This document shows, one piece after another, positions 49,033-58,615 of a stretch of 64,000 bases of DNA (position 1 is the stretch's first letter; every line of letters begins with the position of its first letter). Source of the DNA: Candidatus Poribacteria bacterium (lineage in GTDB: Bacteria > Poribacteria > WGA-4E > GCA-2687025); assembly GCA_963665845.2 (NCBI GenBank), contig OY762492.1:2752001-2816000 (forward strand), in the 5' to 3' direction. Made by a program: the position numbers and the translations under genes. Under the pieces are notes generated by a model. That model had not been told where the DNA came from, made no database searches, and worked only from the letters and a program-made list of their open reading frames with translations.

Positions 49033-50510
49033 CGAGTTTCGTTTCTCTCGATCTCGCTGGAGATATTCGCCCATCGATTGTGGAGATCTGCCGCCACTTG
49101 GCTGTAACCTTCCGTGTCAAAGCCGATTTCGGGATCGAACGGCAGCTCCCGAACGACGGATCCGCCCCTCTCTTGATCGTGTTGGAATGTCCAGACGCCC
49201 AACTCTTCCGGTTTCATTGACGCCTCCCCGCGTTGTTCTTCAGGCAATTTAGATTCCAAGACAATATTTTGTAACGCTTCCACGATCCACTCGCTGTGGG
49301 TCGTAATGATGATTCGGACGCCCGCGTTGACAGCCTTCGCCAGCTCGCGGATGACAGCAGCCTGCATTTCAGGATGCAGATGCGCTTCAGGCTCCTCAAT
49401 GATGAGCGTATCGCCCGGCTGAACGACATAGCGCAGATACAGAACCAAGGGCGCAAGTTCCGAGATCATGGACGCTGTGTTCATGAGCGGCAAGTCCCGA
49501 TCCCAGCTGTCGGGGCGGAAAACAAACGACGGATACATGTTGGGAACCGGCGATCCCTTTAAATTGATTGACCCGCGCAGCACATTTTTTTCGAGGCTTT
49601 TGGCTAACTTAATGGTTTCCTCCCTTGATCCTGTTCGTTTTGGCAGTTTCTCAATTAACATCAGCGTCGTGAGAAAATCGGCTAGAATGCCGTTGAGCGT
49701 CGGCAACTGGGGAGACGGGCGTATGCCGGCAAAGGCCGCGCTTTGAATTACTGCGTTCGTGACAACATGGTGCGCATGTATGATTCCAGTGCGCGCTGCC
49801 GGAAGATAATGCGCAGGATCGCTCAAAGATCCCGGTATATTTGGGTACATAATTTCTATAACTTTTTTTTGGATCGCATAATAAAAATTTGTATGCATTT
49901 CTTCAGAATTCATAAGTTCGAATATAGCGCGAAACAGCGGAATATCTCCGACACGCAGCCGCGTTAGGTCTGGAATGGAAGCGTTTATAGTGGGCGTTTC
50001 GTCAATTTTAAAGCGATACTCAAACGGAGATTCTTGGTCAAACCCTAGTTTCAACGAGATTTCTGCAGATAGGCTTTTTGGAAAGCGAACCAATGAATCA
50101 AGCGCATTGACGCCATAACACCGCAGCATACTTTCCTTAAAATGCCCATCCCAGAACTCGTTTGGATGAAACCAACGACGAGCCTTTTCAGCGATGTCGT
50201 TAGGGAGCGGCTTATTAAGATCGTCTATAGTTGAATTCTGAAGCATCCATTCGTAGATACGCCCTATATCGCTTTCAGTTATGCTCAGCACATCGCCAGG
50301 TTTTAAATCAGATGGTAAAGAAAGTAACAAAGAAAAATCTTTGTCGCTATCGAAAAAGCGGTGAAGCGCGTAAATGAGCGTCGCCAGATACGATTTCCCC
50401 GTATTGCTCGGTCCGATAAACACGGTCAGCGGGCGCAGATCCACTTTCCCCTCGGCGATCGGCCCGAAGTCTTTCACCTGCAGCGTCAGCTTTTCAGAAT
50501 CGCCCGACAT
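49029..50510 (-). CDS. ABC-type ATPase (AAA_15/AAA_21 family)
   Basis: VKDFGPI, Walker A GPSNTGKS, Walker B IIEEPEAHLHP, ITTHS; AT-rich central part. Confidence 0.9.
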   Translation of the reverse strand: MSGDSEKLTLQVKDFGPIAEGKVDLRPLTVFIGPSNTGKSYLATLIYALHRFFDSDKDFSLLLSLPSDLKPGDVLSITESDIGRIYEWMLQNSTIDDLNKPLPNDIAEKARRWFHPNEFWDGHFKESMLRCYGVNALDSLVRFPKSLSAEISLKLGFDQESPFEYRFKIDETPTINASIPDLTRLRVGDIPLFRAIFELMNSEEMHTNFYYAIQKKVIEIMYPNIPGSLSDPAHYLPAARTGIIHAHHVVTNAVIQSAAFAGIRPSPQLPTLNGILADFLTTLMLIEKLPKRTGSREETIKLAKSLEKNVLRGSINLKGSPVPNMYPSFVFRPDSWDRDLPLMNTASMISELAPLVLYLRYVVQPGDTLIIEEPEAHLHPEMQAAVIRELAKAVNAGVRIIITTHSEWIVEALQNIVLESKLPEEQRGEASMKPEELGVWTFQHDQERGGSVVRELPFDPEIGFDTEGYSQVAADLHNRWANISSEIERNETR

Positions 50511-51892
50511 GCGCTATCCTCCCTTGAAACGACCCGACCGATTAAAGTATGCGGCGTGGAATCCACAATCACAACCTCAACGATTTCCCCAATCTCCGCC
50601 CTGCCTTTCGGAAAGACGCATGTTTTGAAATCGTCCGTTTTGCCGAAAAGGTCGTCTCCGCTTCTCTTTGAGACGCCTTCCGCCAACACTGCCGCCGACG
50701 TCCCGACCTTCGAGGCGTAAATCTCGGCGGAGACGCTCTCCTGCAGCGCGATGATCCGTTTCAGCCGTTCAATCTTTTCCGCCTCCGCGATGTCGTCCGC
50801 ATACCGCTTCTGCGCGACCGTCCCGCCCCGTTCAGAGTATTTGAACATAAAGGCGCCGTCGTACCGGACGCGCTCCATGAGCCTGTAGGTCTCCTCAAAC
50901 TGCGCCGCCGTCTCGCCCGGAAAGCCGACGATGATGTCGGTCGTGATCGCGGCGCCTGGGACATTGGCGCGCAGCTTTTCCACCACCTCCATATACTCCT
51001 TGACCCGGTAGTCGCGCCGCATGCGCGTCAAAACTTCGTCCGAGCCGGACTGAAGCGGCAGATGAATATGGCTGCACACCTTCCGATTGGAACCCATGAC
51101 GCGGATCATGGCGTCGGTCGCGTCGGACGGATGCGGCGAGGTGAAACGAATGCGTTCGATGCCGTCCACCTCCGACGCCGCTTCCAGCAGATCGGCAAAG
51201 TCATGCCGCCCGTCATGGTAGCTGTTGACGGTCTGACCTAGGAGCGCGATTTCTTTGACGCCGCTGTCCGCCAGCCGCCGCGCCTCCTCCACCACCTTTT
51301 CCAGCTGGACGCTTCGCTCGCGTCCGCGCACGAACGGGACGACGCAGAACGCGCAGAATTTGTCGCAGCCGCGCTGTATCGTGAGCCATGCCTTGACGCC
51401 TTCGGCGCGGACAGGCGCGATGTCGGCGTAATCTTCGAGCGGGTCTAGGCGCGTGTCGATATAGGGCGCGCCGCGCGCGTTTTCAATCGCTTCGGGCAGG
51501 TTGCGGTAGCTGTCCGGACCCATCACAAGGTCCACATACGGGGCGCGCTCGGCGATCTGATCGGCGATGCGCTGCGCCATGCATCCGCAAACGCCGAGGA
51601 TGAGATCGGGGCGTTTTCGCTTCAGGCTTGAAAGTTCGCCGAGACGCCCGAAGACGCGCTCCTCCGCCTTTTCGCGTATGGCGCATGTGTTGAGTAGGAT
51701 GATGTCGGCGCGGCGCATCTCCGTTTCGGCGCTGTAGCCCGCGCCGGCGAGAATCGACGCGATCACCTCCGAGTCGCTGACATTCATCTGGCAGCCGTAG
51801 TTCTCGATATAAACGCTGCGGTTCCGAAACGGCGTCAACGTTTCAGGCGCGATCGGGTCGGCAACGGCGGCGAGCGGAAGCGGTTGTTTCAT
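50486..51892 (-). CDS. miaB: tRNA-2-methylthio-i6A37 synthase MiaB
   Basis: YGCQMN, NTCAIREKAE, radical-SAM motif CDKFCAFC, TDIIVGFPGET, C-terminal TRAM domain. Confidence 0.95.
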   Translation of the reverse strand: MKQPLPLAAVADPIAPETLTPFRNRSVYIENYGCQMNVSDSEVIASILAGAGYSAETEMRRADIILLNTCAIREKAEERVFGRLGELSSLKRKRPDLILGVCGCMAQRIADQIAERAPYVDLVMGPDSYRNLPEAIENARGAPYIDTRLDPLEDYADIAPVRAEGVKAWLTIQRGCDKFCAFCVVPFVRGRERSVQLEKVVEEARRLADSGVKEIALLGQTVNSYHDGRHDFADLLEAASEVDGIERIRFTSPHPSDATDAMIRVMGSNRKVCSHIHLPLQSGSDEVLTRMRRDYRVKEYMEVVEKLRANVPGAAITTDIIVGFPGETAAQFEETYRLMERVRYDGAFMFKYSERGGTVAQKRYADDIAEAEKIERLKRIIALQESVSAEIYASKVGTSAAVLAEGVSKRSGDDLFGKTDDFKTCVFPKGRAEIGEIVEVVIVDSTPHTLIGRVVSREDSACRAILKS

Positions 51893-51981
51893 GTTCAGCC
51901 TTCACATGTGCTGCGGGTAAAAAGCATGCGCCTCATGAATTATAAGGCGGATCGGCTGCGTACGGCAAGATGTTTGGTTTT

Positions 51982-52149
51982 CTGACCTCACGCTTAGAGC
52001 TGGGACAATTCTGGTTGTGAACGCGGACGGTTTCGAGGTTGACTCTGGATTCCCGCTTACGCGGGAATGACGGCTTGGTTGGCGGCGCCTTTTTCCCATG
52101 AATAGAGGCTTTGGTCGTTCAGCTGTCCCAACTTTATGCATGAGGTCAG
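51982..52149. mobile_element. MITE-like element
   Basis: CTGACCTCACGCTTAGAGCTGGGACA ... TGTCCCAACTTTATGCATGAGGTCAG; interior is the reverse complement of the 18711/36379 type. Confidence 0.78.
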
Positions 52150-52165
52150 TGATGACACGGGTCGG

Positions 52166-54109
52166 TTATTTTAGCCGTTCAATGCGCGCTTTGATCCAGT
52201 CCGCCAGCTCTTCGTCGTCCATACGAGCGGCGTTTGGAAATTCGCGGCGGAGCCAGAGTCTCTGCGCCGCGCTCGATTCGGCGGCAGAGAGCGTTTCCTG
52301 GGCGGCGCCCCGCCCCTTCTCCATATCGCCCAGCTCTTCATAGAGGCGGCTCAACAGCAGCCGAGCGGCTGCCATGCGCGGCGATCTTGGACGATCCGCC
52401 AAAAACTGCGTCAACAGCTGAACGCCGACGCGCGGGTCCGCCGTCCGCTCAATTTGAATGCGCGCCATCGAAAACGCGGCATGGTCGGCGGGCGATTCCT
52501 CATACCCGCCGGGCAGAAAGGTCGGCTGCTGCGGCGCTTTCTGCGCGCTCTCAAACGCCTCCCGCGCCTGCGCATACTGCCCCTGACGGCGGTAGATTTC
52601 CCCGACGAAACAGTACGCCTCCGCCGTCTCAACCGACAGCGGCGCCTGCTCAATCAAACGAAGCGCGGCGTCCAAAGCCGACTGGATGTCCTCCATTCGC
52701 CCCATATAGATCGCGACGATGCTCAGCATCGCCTGATTTGACCATGGGCGCGCATGGTCGCCGGACTCCGCCGCCGCATGGTACAGATCCAGCGCTTTTT
52801 GATCCTCCTGAAGATGCTCATACAGCTTTGCCGCCCGTATCTGCGCCCTTGCTCTCGCGGCGGGGTTGTCGCTGTTTAATGCCAGGCGCATATGCGCATC
52901 GATCTCTGTCAAGGCGCGGAATCTCGGCAGCAGCTCCATCGCGCGGACGCTCTCCTCCGTCTGACGAAGGCTTGCGGACGCCTGGCGAAGCTGCTGCAGC
53001 GCCTCCCCATACTCTCGGTTGTCCGCCATCTGCAGCGCCCGGGCGACGGTCGCTTCCATCGGCGCGCGTTCCATCGTCGTCAACTTGCGCTCAATCTTCG
53101 CCGTCAGCTCCTCAATGCCGGCGTTTCTTGCTGCAAACGCGATGTCGTTCAGGTCGACAGGAACGTCGGCGTACAGCCCTGTATCCAGAAAAAGCCTATA
53201 GTAGACCGCCGCCTGATCCATCTGCCCCAGCCGCTCATGGCAGACGGCGCGCAGATACGCCGCTTCTGGACGCTTCACAAAGGTGGGGCGTTCGTCCAGC
53301 AGTTTGGACAGCGCCGCCAGCGCTCGAATCGGTTCGTTCTGCGCGAGATAGATGCGCCCCAGCTGAAACAGCGCCGCCGTGTCGAACCAACTCGCCGGGT
53401 ATGTTGCGGCGACCCGTTCAAACGCCTCCCGCGCCTTCTGATAACGTCCGCCGCGCAGATGAATTCGCGCCACGCGGTAGAGCGACTCCGGCGCCCGTTC
53501 ATGATTCGGATAGGTCTCGATGAACGCGGTATGCTGTTCCGCCGCCGTTTTCGGGCAGTTCAGCTCCTCGTACAATTCCGCGATGATAAAGGTGTATGCG
53601 GCGCGTTCGCTCATCGTCTGCGCCCGTTCGATCTCGGCGCGGTAGTGGCGCAGCGCCTGCAGCTCCAGGATGCGCTCTTTCGCCTGCGAATAGTACGGGC
53701 TGTTGCGTACCGCCGTCTCCGCCAGCAGGTCGTATTCCTGTTTTGCCCGGTCGAAATCGCCTGTTTTGGTGAACATCTCCGCTTTGTTCAGCTGCGCTTG
53801 GAGCGCGTCGGTGGAGCGCGGCGACTCGGAGCGCTCTATGATGGCGTCATACGTCTTGACCGCCGTTTTCGGCATGTTCAGTTCGGACGCGAGCTGCGCC
53901 TTTTGAAAAAGAAGCGAAATGCGCGTGTCGGGGTCAGATTCAAAACGCAGCTGCTCCTCAACCTGACGGTACGCCGCGCGGTAGTCCGGCGGGGAAGCGG
54001 CGGCAGAAACCGCCCACCCGACGCAGAACGCGAACAGAAAGATCGCCGCCTGCGCCGCTTGCCGCTTCGGTTGAAAGGTTAAGGCTGCTGCGAAGCCGGC
54101 AATAAAAAT
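52166..54109 (-). CDS. Exported multi-TPR protein (CpoB/BamD-like repeats); start codon uncertain
   Basis: Hydrophobic signal-like stretch, then repeats such as YPNHERAPESLYRVARI and YPASWFDTAALFQLGRIY. The frame is open to 54433 but that overlaps the upstream gene. Confidence 0.78.
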   Translation of the reverse strand: MFIAGFAAALTFQPKRQAAQAAIFLFAFCVGWAVSAAASPPDYRAAYRQVEEQLRFESDPDTRISLLFQKAQLASELNMPKTAVKTYDAIIERSESPRSTDALQAQLNKAEMFTKTGDFDRAKQEYDLLAETAVRNSPYYSQAKERILELQALRHYRAEIERAQTMSERAAYTFIIAELYEELNCPKTAAEQHTAFIETYPNHERAPESLYRVARIHLRGGRYQKAREAFERVAATYPASWFDTAALFQLGRIYLAQNEPIRALAALSKLLDERPTFVKRPEAAYLRAVCHERLGQMDQAAVYYRLFLDTGLYADVPVDLNDIAFAARNAGIEELTAKIERKLTTMERAPMEATVARALQMADNREYGEALQQLRQASASLRQTEESVRAMELLPRFRALTEIDAHMRLALNSDNPAARARAQIRAAKLYEHLQEDQKALDLYHAAAESGDHARPWSNQAMLSIVAIYMGRMEDIQSALDAALRLIEQAPLSVETAEAYCFVGEIYRRQGQYAQAREAFESAQKAPQQPTFLPGGYEESPADHAAFSMARIQIERTADPRVGVQLLTQFLADRPRSPRMAAARLLLSRLYEELGDMEKGRGAAQETLSAAESSAAQRLWLRREFPNAARMDDEELADWIKARIERLK

Positions 54110-54729
54110 GTCGGCGCGCTTGAGGAAGCCTGTATGATCGACTCGCGCTCCTTCGCCGCGATCTGGGACGCCCAGAGATGCGGCTGCCCTGAAGCGGCAA
54201 TCTCCTCGTAAATCGGCAGCGCCTTCGCCGCGTCTCCCCTGCCATGCTGAATCAAGCGGGCGTTTTCGATATTGCGCTTCAGTTCCACCTGCAGATAACG
54301 TTCCTGCCGATTGACGCTCTCCTGCTGCGACCATGCATTCAATTCCGTTATGTCGGTTTCGTACGACCTGGTTCCATAAACAAACGCTGCAATGAGAGCC
54401 GCGGCCGCCGCGCACGCGCCGACCTTCAACCAAAGCGGCGTTTTGAAACGGCGCTGATTGCCCGATAGCTGATGGGGCGGTCGGCGCTCCGCTTGTACGC
54501 AGATGTCTTTCAGCGCCTCGTTCAGCTGCGGCAGCGCCTCCTCCAGCTCATTCGCCGGCAGCGCCTCCAGCATACGTCTGTCCAGCTCGCGGCGCCGCTC
54601 CTCCGCAAGACGCGCCAGTTCATCGTTCATCATGAGCGCCGCCTCTACCTGCCGACTCTCTTCCTCGTTCAACAAACCTTGAAGATACTGATCAATCAAA
54701 AACTCGCTATCGCCGCTTGGTTTGTCCAT
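54079..54729 (-). CDS. Putative transmembrane anti-sigma factor
   Basis: Directly after the ECF sigma; LIDQYLQGLLNEEESRQVEAAL N-terminus and a single TM helix. Confidence 0.78.
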   Translation of the reverse strand: MDKPSGDSEFLIDQYLQGLLNEEESRQVEAALMMNDELARLAEERRRELDRRMLEALPANELEEALPQLNEALKDICVQAERRPPHQLSGNQRRFKTPLWLKVGACAAAAALIAAFVYGTRSYETDITELNAWSQQESVNRQERYLQVELKRNIENARLIQHGRGDAAKALPIYEEIAASGQPHLWASQIAAKERESIIQASSSAPTFLLPASQQP

Positions 54730-54765
54730 ACGGCCTCCTTTGAGAAACGCCCGTTTGAATGCGGC

Positions 54766-55440
54766 TTATATTTCGTTGCGGTCGCGCATCGGCTGCAGGA
54801 CTTTGCGCAGCTTGGCGAGCGCCCGAAAGAGATGCGCCTTTGCGGTGCCTTCCTTGACGCCCATCTTCTCCGCCGCCTCCCGCACCTTCAAACCGCCGAA
54901 ATGGTGCAGATTCACGATCTCGCGCTGACGCTTCGAAAGCGACGACATCGCATTCTGAATCAGCTCTCTGCGCTCGCGGGCGATCGCCATCGCCAACGGG
55001 TCGCTTGACGGACGGCTGCAAATCGGCTCCGGGACGCCTGAATCGGGATCGTCCAGCGACTCGGTGCGCCGCCGCGTCTGCGCGCGGTGATGATCAATGC
55101 ATAAGTTGCGCGTGATCGCATAAACCCAGGTGTACCATTTTGCGGTCGGCTTCCATCGCGGGAGCGCTTTATAGGCGCGTATAAACGCCTCCTGCGTGAT
55201 GTCCAGCGCGTCCTCGCGGTTCTTTGTCTGCTGATAAGCCAGCGCGTAAATCCGCGTTTGGTAACGCTTCACCAGAACGTCAAACGCGCGCGTGTCGCCT
55301 GACTGCGCAATCCGGACCAGATCGCGGTCCTCCGCTTGGTCTAAATCGACAACCTGTTTTTCTTCCGCCTTTGCTGTCAACGCCGCGGTGATGGAGCTGG
55401 ACATGTTCAACCTCTCATGGAGCCGTTCTATGATCATCAT
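54766..55440 (-). CDS. ECF (sigma-70 group 4) RNA polymerase sigma factor
   Basis: GDTRAFDVLVKRY, DALDITQEAF, WVYAITRNLCID, EAAEKMGVKEGTAKAHLFRA. Confidence 0.94.
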   Translation of the reverse strand: MMIIERLHERLNMSSSITAALTAKAEEKQVVDLDQAEDRDLVRIAQSGDTRAFDVLVKRYQTRIYALAYQQTKNREDALDITQEAFIRAYKALPRWKPTAKWYTWVYAITRNLCIDHHRAQTRRRTESLDDPDSGVPEPICSRPSSDPLAMAIARERRELIQNAMSSLSKRQREIVNLHHFGGLKVREAAEKMGVKEGTAKAHLFRALAKLRKVLQPMRDRNEI

Positions 55441-55551
55441 AGCCTATAACGACGCGGCGCGGCAACCGGTTGACGCAAATATCCCTTTTTTACGGGATTC
55501 GGTCAAGATTCCCGCGCGTTTTACCGCAAGGGCGGGAAGGACGACGCGTGA

Positions 55552-55652
55552 CGCGGCGCCTCTGGATTCCCGCTTGCGCGGGAATGACGAGGAGAGGGGC
55601 GGAAATGACGAGGAGAGGGGCGGAAATGACGAGGAGAGGGGCGGAAATGACG
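55552..55652. repeat. dRS3-like palindrome followed by three 21-bp tandem units
   Basis: ATTCCC-N8-GGGAAT at 55566-55585, then GACGAGGAGAGGGGCGGAAAT x3. Confidence 0.9.
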
Positions 55653-55669
55653 ATGCGCGCCTCCCGTTT

Positions 55670-56146
55670 TTACTTGTCAAAACGTCTCAACTCCTCGTTC
55701 ATGGATCGGTTTTCCGCGCGCTTCTTGATGGCGTCGCGCTTGTCGTATTGCGCCTTGCCCGCGGCGAGCGCGATCTCCACCTTCACCAGACCGCGTTTGA
55801 GATAGACGCGCGTCGGAACGATGGTGCGCCCCTTCAGCGTCGTCTCCCGGTACAGCTTCGCAATCTCGCGCTTATGCAGCAGCAGGCGGCGCGGGCGCTC
55901 CGGCTCATGGTTGAAATGCGTCGCCGCGCCGTACGGGCTGATATGCATCTTCATGAGGTCTGCTTGCCCGTTGCGAATGAGCGCATAACTGTCGGTCAGG
56001 TTCACCTTGCCCTCCCGTATCGACTTCACCTCCGAGCCGAGGAGCGAGATGCCCGCCTCCAACCGGTCAGACAGATGGTATTCATACCGGGCCTTGCGGT
56101 TCACCGCGACAACCTTGACGCCCCCGCCGCCCTTTGCGTTACGCAT
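55670..56146 (-). CDS. smpB: SsrA-binding protein
   Basis: NRKARYEY, EAGISLLGSEVKSIR, LLLHKREI, GKAQYDKR. Confidence 0.97.
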   Translation of the reverse strand: MRNAKGGGGVKVVAVNRKARYEYHLSDRLEAGISLLGSEVKSIREGKVNLTDSYALIRNGQADLMKMHISPYGAATHFNHEPERPRRLLLHKREIAKLYRETTLKGRTIVPTRVYLKRGLVKVEIALAAGKAQYDKRDAIKKRAENRSMNEELRRFDK

Positions 56147-56147
56147 C

Positions 56148-57425
56148 TTATTCCGCGCCGTCCTTCAAAAACAGCTCCACAACAGGAACGGCAACATCCG
56201 GACGCTGCACAGGCAGATCCAACGTCAGCGTTCCTTCCTTGCCGCGTATCGTCATATACTGGGCGGCGGCGTTCGGGTCCAGCTGGCGGTATCCAAGCTC
56301 CGAGGCGTCGTTCAGCAGCTGCGCGTATTCAACCCGCCCCGACAATCCGTCCAGATGAACATGCTTGAAGGGCCAAGAATACAGATGAAGGTAGAGGCGG
56401 TTGCCGTTCTGCGTGTAGCGCGCGTCCGCCGGGGGCGTGAATCGGCTCGGTCCGCATCCGTAGATGGAGCGGCTGTGCGTACGCATCCAGGCGCCGATGT
56501 CCCGCAGGCGTTCCACGGCGCGCGGCTCAAATTCGCCCCTGCCGTTCGGTCCGACATTCAACAGCATGTTCCCGTCCTTTGAGACGGCGTCGATGAGCAT
56601 CTGTATCAGCATGTCGGACGACTTCCAGTCCAGGTTGTCGCGGTGATAACCCCAGCTGCCGTTCAGCGTTTGACACGCCTCCCAAACGACAGGCTTGCCG
56701 TCCACCGTCATGCCTTCGCTGGGCTGGTACTGTTCAGGCGTTGTTAGGTCGCCGCCGATCTCCAGGCGGTCGTTCACCAGGATATGCGGCTGAAGTTCGC
56801 GCGTCATCGCCAAAAGCCGTTCCGAGTCCCACTCCTCTTTGCCTTTGCCCTTCGCCCAGCCCCAGTCGGCATGCGAATAGGAGTAGTCGAACCACATGAT
56901 GTCGACGCGCCCAAAATTGGTCAGCAGCTCGCGCGACTGGTTGTGCAGATATTCGCGGTAGACGGCGATGTCCCGCCCCTTCTGCGCCTCGCGGAACTCC
57001 ACATTGCCGCGCATCGGATGCAGCCCGTCGATCGGATACTGCGGATGATGCCAGTCGATGAGCGAATGGTAAAAGCCCGTCTTCAAACCCTCCGCCTTGA
57101 ACGCCTCCGCCATCGGCGCGATCAGATCTTTTCCATGCGGAGTGTTGGTCGACTTGTAGTCGGTGAATTCCGAATCCCAGAGGCAGAATCCGTCATGGTG
57201 CTTTGTCGTGACGACAAAGTATTTCATGCCCGCGTTTTTCGCTTCCGCCGCCCAGACCTTCGGATCGTACAGGTCGGGGTCGAATCGGTCGAAATATTTC
57301 CGGTAGTTTTCAACGCTGATCTGCTCCCTGTTCATCACCCACTCATGCCGCGCCGCCAGCGAGTAAATGCCCCAGTGAATGAACAGCCCGAATCGGTCAT
57401 GCGTGAACCATGCCGTGTCCGGCAT
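56148..57425 (-). CDS. Alpha-L-fucosidase (GH29)
   Basis: RFGLFIHWGIYS, TTKHHDGFCLWDS, IMWFD, LLNVGP. Confidence 0.95.
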   Translation of the reverse strand: MPDTAWFTHDRFGLFIHWGIYSLAARHEWVMNREQISVENYRKYFDRFDPDLYDPKVWAAEAKNAGMKYFVVTTKHHDGFCLWDSEFTDYKSTNTPHGKDLIAPMAEAFKAEGLKTGFYHSLIDWHHPQYPIDGLHPMRGNVEFREAQKGRDIAVYREYLHNQSRELLTNFGRVDIMWFDYSYSHADWGWAKGKGKEEWDSERLLAMTRELQPHILVNDRLEIGGDLTTPEQYQPSEGMTVDGKPVVWEACQTLNGSWGYHRDNLDWKSSDMLIQMLIDAVSKDGNMLLNVGPNGRGEFEPRAVERLRDIGAWMRTHSRSIYGCGPSRFTPPADARYTQNGNRLYLHLYSWPFKHVHLDGLSGRVEYAQLLNDASELGYRQLDPNAAAQYMTIRGKEGTLTLDLPVQRPDVAVPVVELFLKDGAE

Positions 57426-57442
57426 CTCGTTCTCCTTTCAAA

Positions 57443-58198
57443 TTATGCGGCGCCGACGAGGTGATTCCACATCTCGCGGCGCAAACGTCGCTCCTTGTAA
57501 TGGTCCGACTGCCCGTTGATCGTCGCCCTTCCGCCTAAGACGGCCATCGCTTGGGCGGCGCCGGCGGGGTCATGGTTCCAGTTGGGGCGGGTCGGTTCGC
57601 TCGCTCTGTTGAAGAGAAATTTGAGCATATACCGCGTTTTGTTTCCGCAGTTTCGCGTCGCGGCATGCCAGATGTCGTAATGGACGATGGCGACCGTCCC
57701 CGCCTCGCACACAAGATCAACCTGATCGCGGAAGTTCGCATAGGACGCCATGCGGTCCGTCGGCGCGTTTCTAAAATGCGTCCCCGGCACCAGCGAGGTG
57801 GGACCCAGCTCATGCGGCGTGTCCTGCGGATAATAGAACCCAAGACAGACGCGCACCTGATGATGCCGCTGATTCACCCCGTCCTGATGCCAGCCCTGGC
57901 TGCGCGACCCCGGCGGATTCACATGGCAATGGCGGTGTCCGCTCATCGTGAAATCGCCGCCCAAGAGGCTCGCCAACGCCCCCTTCACGACAGGATGATC
58001 CCAGACATCATGCAGCTTGGGGACGCGCTCCAGGATCGCGTCGCCGGGGTTGCCTTGGGAGGTGGCGGCGGCGCATTCTTCATAAACCTGATCATTGAAC
58101 CCGTCTGGAAAATCGGGCTTGAAGACCAGATAACCGCGCACCACAAACTCCGCCACCTGCGCGTCGGTCAAGAGATGGTTCTGATACTCTTCAGCCAT
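57443..58198 (-). CDS. PhyH-family dioxygenase
   Basis: QGWHQD, YYPQD, GPTSLVPGTH, IWHA. Confidence 0.88.
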   Translation of the reverse strand: MAEEYQNHLLTDAQVAEFVVRGYLVFKPDFPDGFNDQVYEECAAATSQGNPGDAILERVPKLHDVWDHPVVKGALASLLGGDFTMSGHRHCHVNPPGSRSQGWHQDGVNQRHHQVRVCLGFYYPQDTPHELGPTSLVPGTHFRNAPTDRMASYANFRDQVDLVCEAGTVAIVHYDIWHAATRNCGNKTRYMLKFLFNRASEPTRPNWNHDPAGAAQAMAVLGGRATINGQSDHYKERRLRREMWNHLVGAA

Positions 58199-58583
58199 CG
58201 TACTCCTCCATCTTCTGCAGTGTGAATTCGTAACCGAGCAGATCGATCTCCGTGTCGTCGAACGGGGCGCGCTGGTCAGGAAAATGGATGATCTGCCAGC
58301 CGTCGATGACCGCGTCCTTCACCGTCCGATAGGGCCATTCCCGCTCCGTCGGCTCAATCTGGACATGGTCGCCTTTCACCGGCTCATGGAGAGCCATCGC
58401 CAGCGTCTGCGATTGAATGTTCGGCGTCGCCGCGTGAAGATACAGCAGCCGTTGCCGCTTCTGTCTTGGTCGAGACGCCAGCTCTGTCAGCGCGTCTATG
58501 TCCGTTTCCGTCAGGCTGCCTTCGCGCAGTTTCGCCTTCGCCTCCTCCGCCCATTGGATAACATCTTCTTTCAAAGCGCCCAT
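58191..58583 (-). CDS. Hypothetical protein coupled to the PhyH gene
   Basis: AGGAG RBS before MGALKED; stop overlaps the PhyH start. Confidence 0.7.
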   Translation of the reverse strand: MGALKEDVIQWAEEAKAKLREGSLTETDIDALTELASRPRQKRQRLLYLHAATPNIQSQTLAMALHEPVKGDHVQIEPTEREWPYRTVKDAVIDGWQIIHFPDQRAPFDDTEIDLLGYEFTLQKMEEYDG

Positions 58584-58615
58584 GCTCGTTTCTCCTGTGG
58601 AAGCGCGCTCAACCT

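Noticed and set aside
52234-53523. Long antisense or alternative-frame ORFs (e.g. 2831..3913, 24634..26025, 30421..31494, 47337..48464, 52892..54082)
   Set aside because: They are shadows of well-supported genes in high-GC DNA, with Arg/Pro/Ala-rich composition and no recognisable motifs.
55441-55669. tmRNA (ssrA) or tRNA next to smpB
   Set aside because: No tRNA-like ends or T-loop motif are visible; the gap is filled by repeats and a likely promoter.
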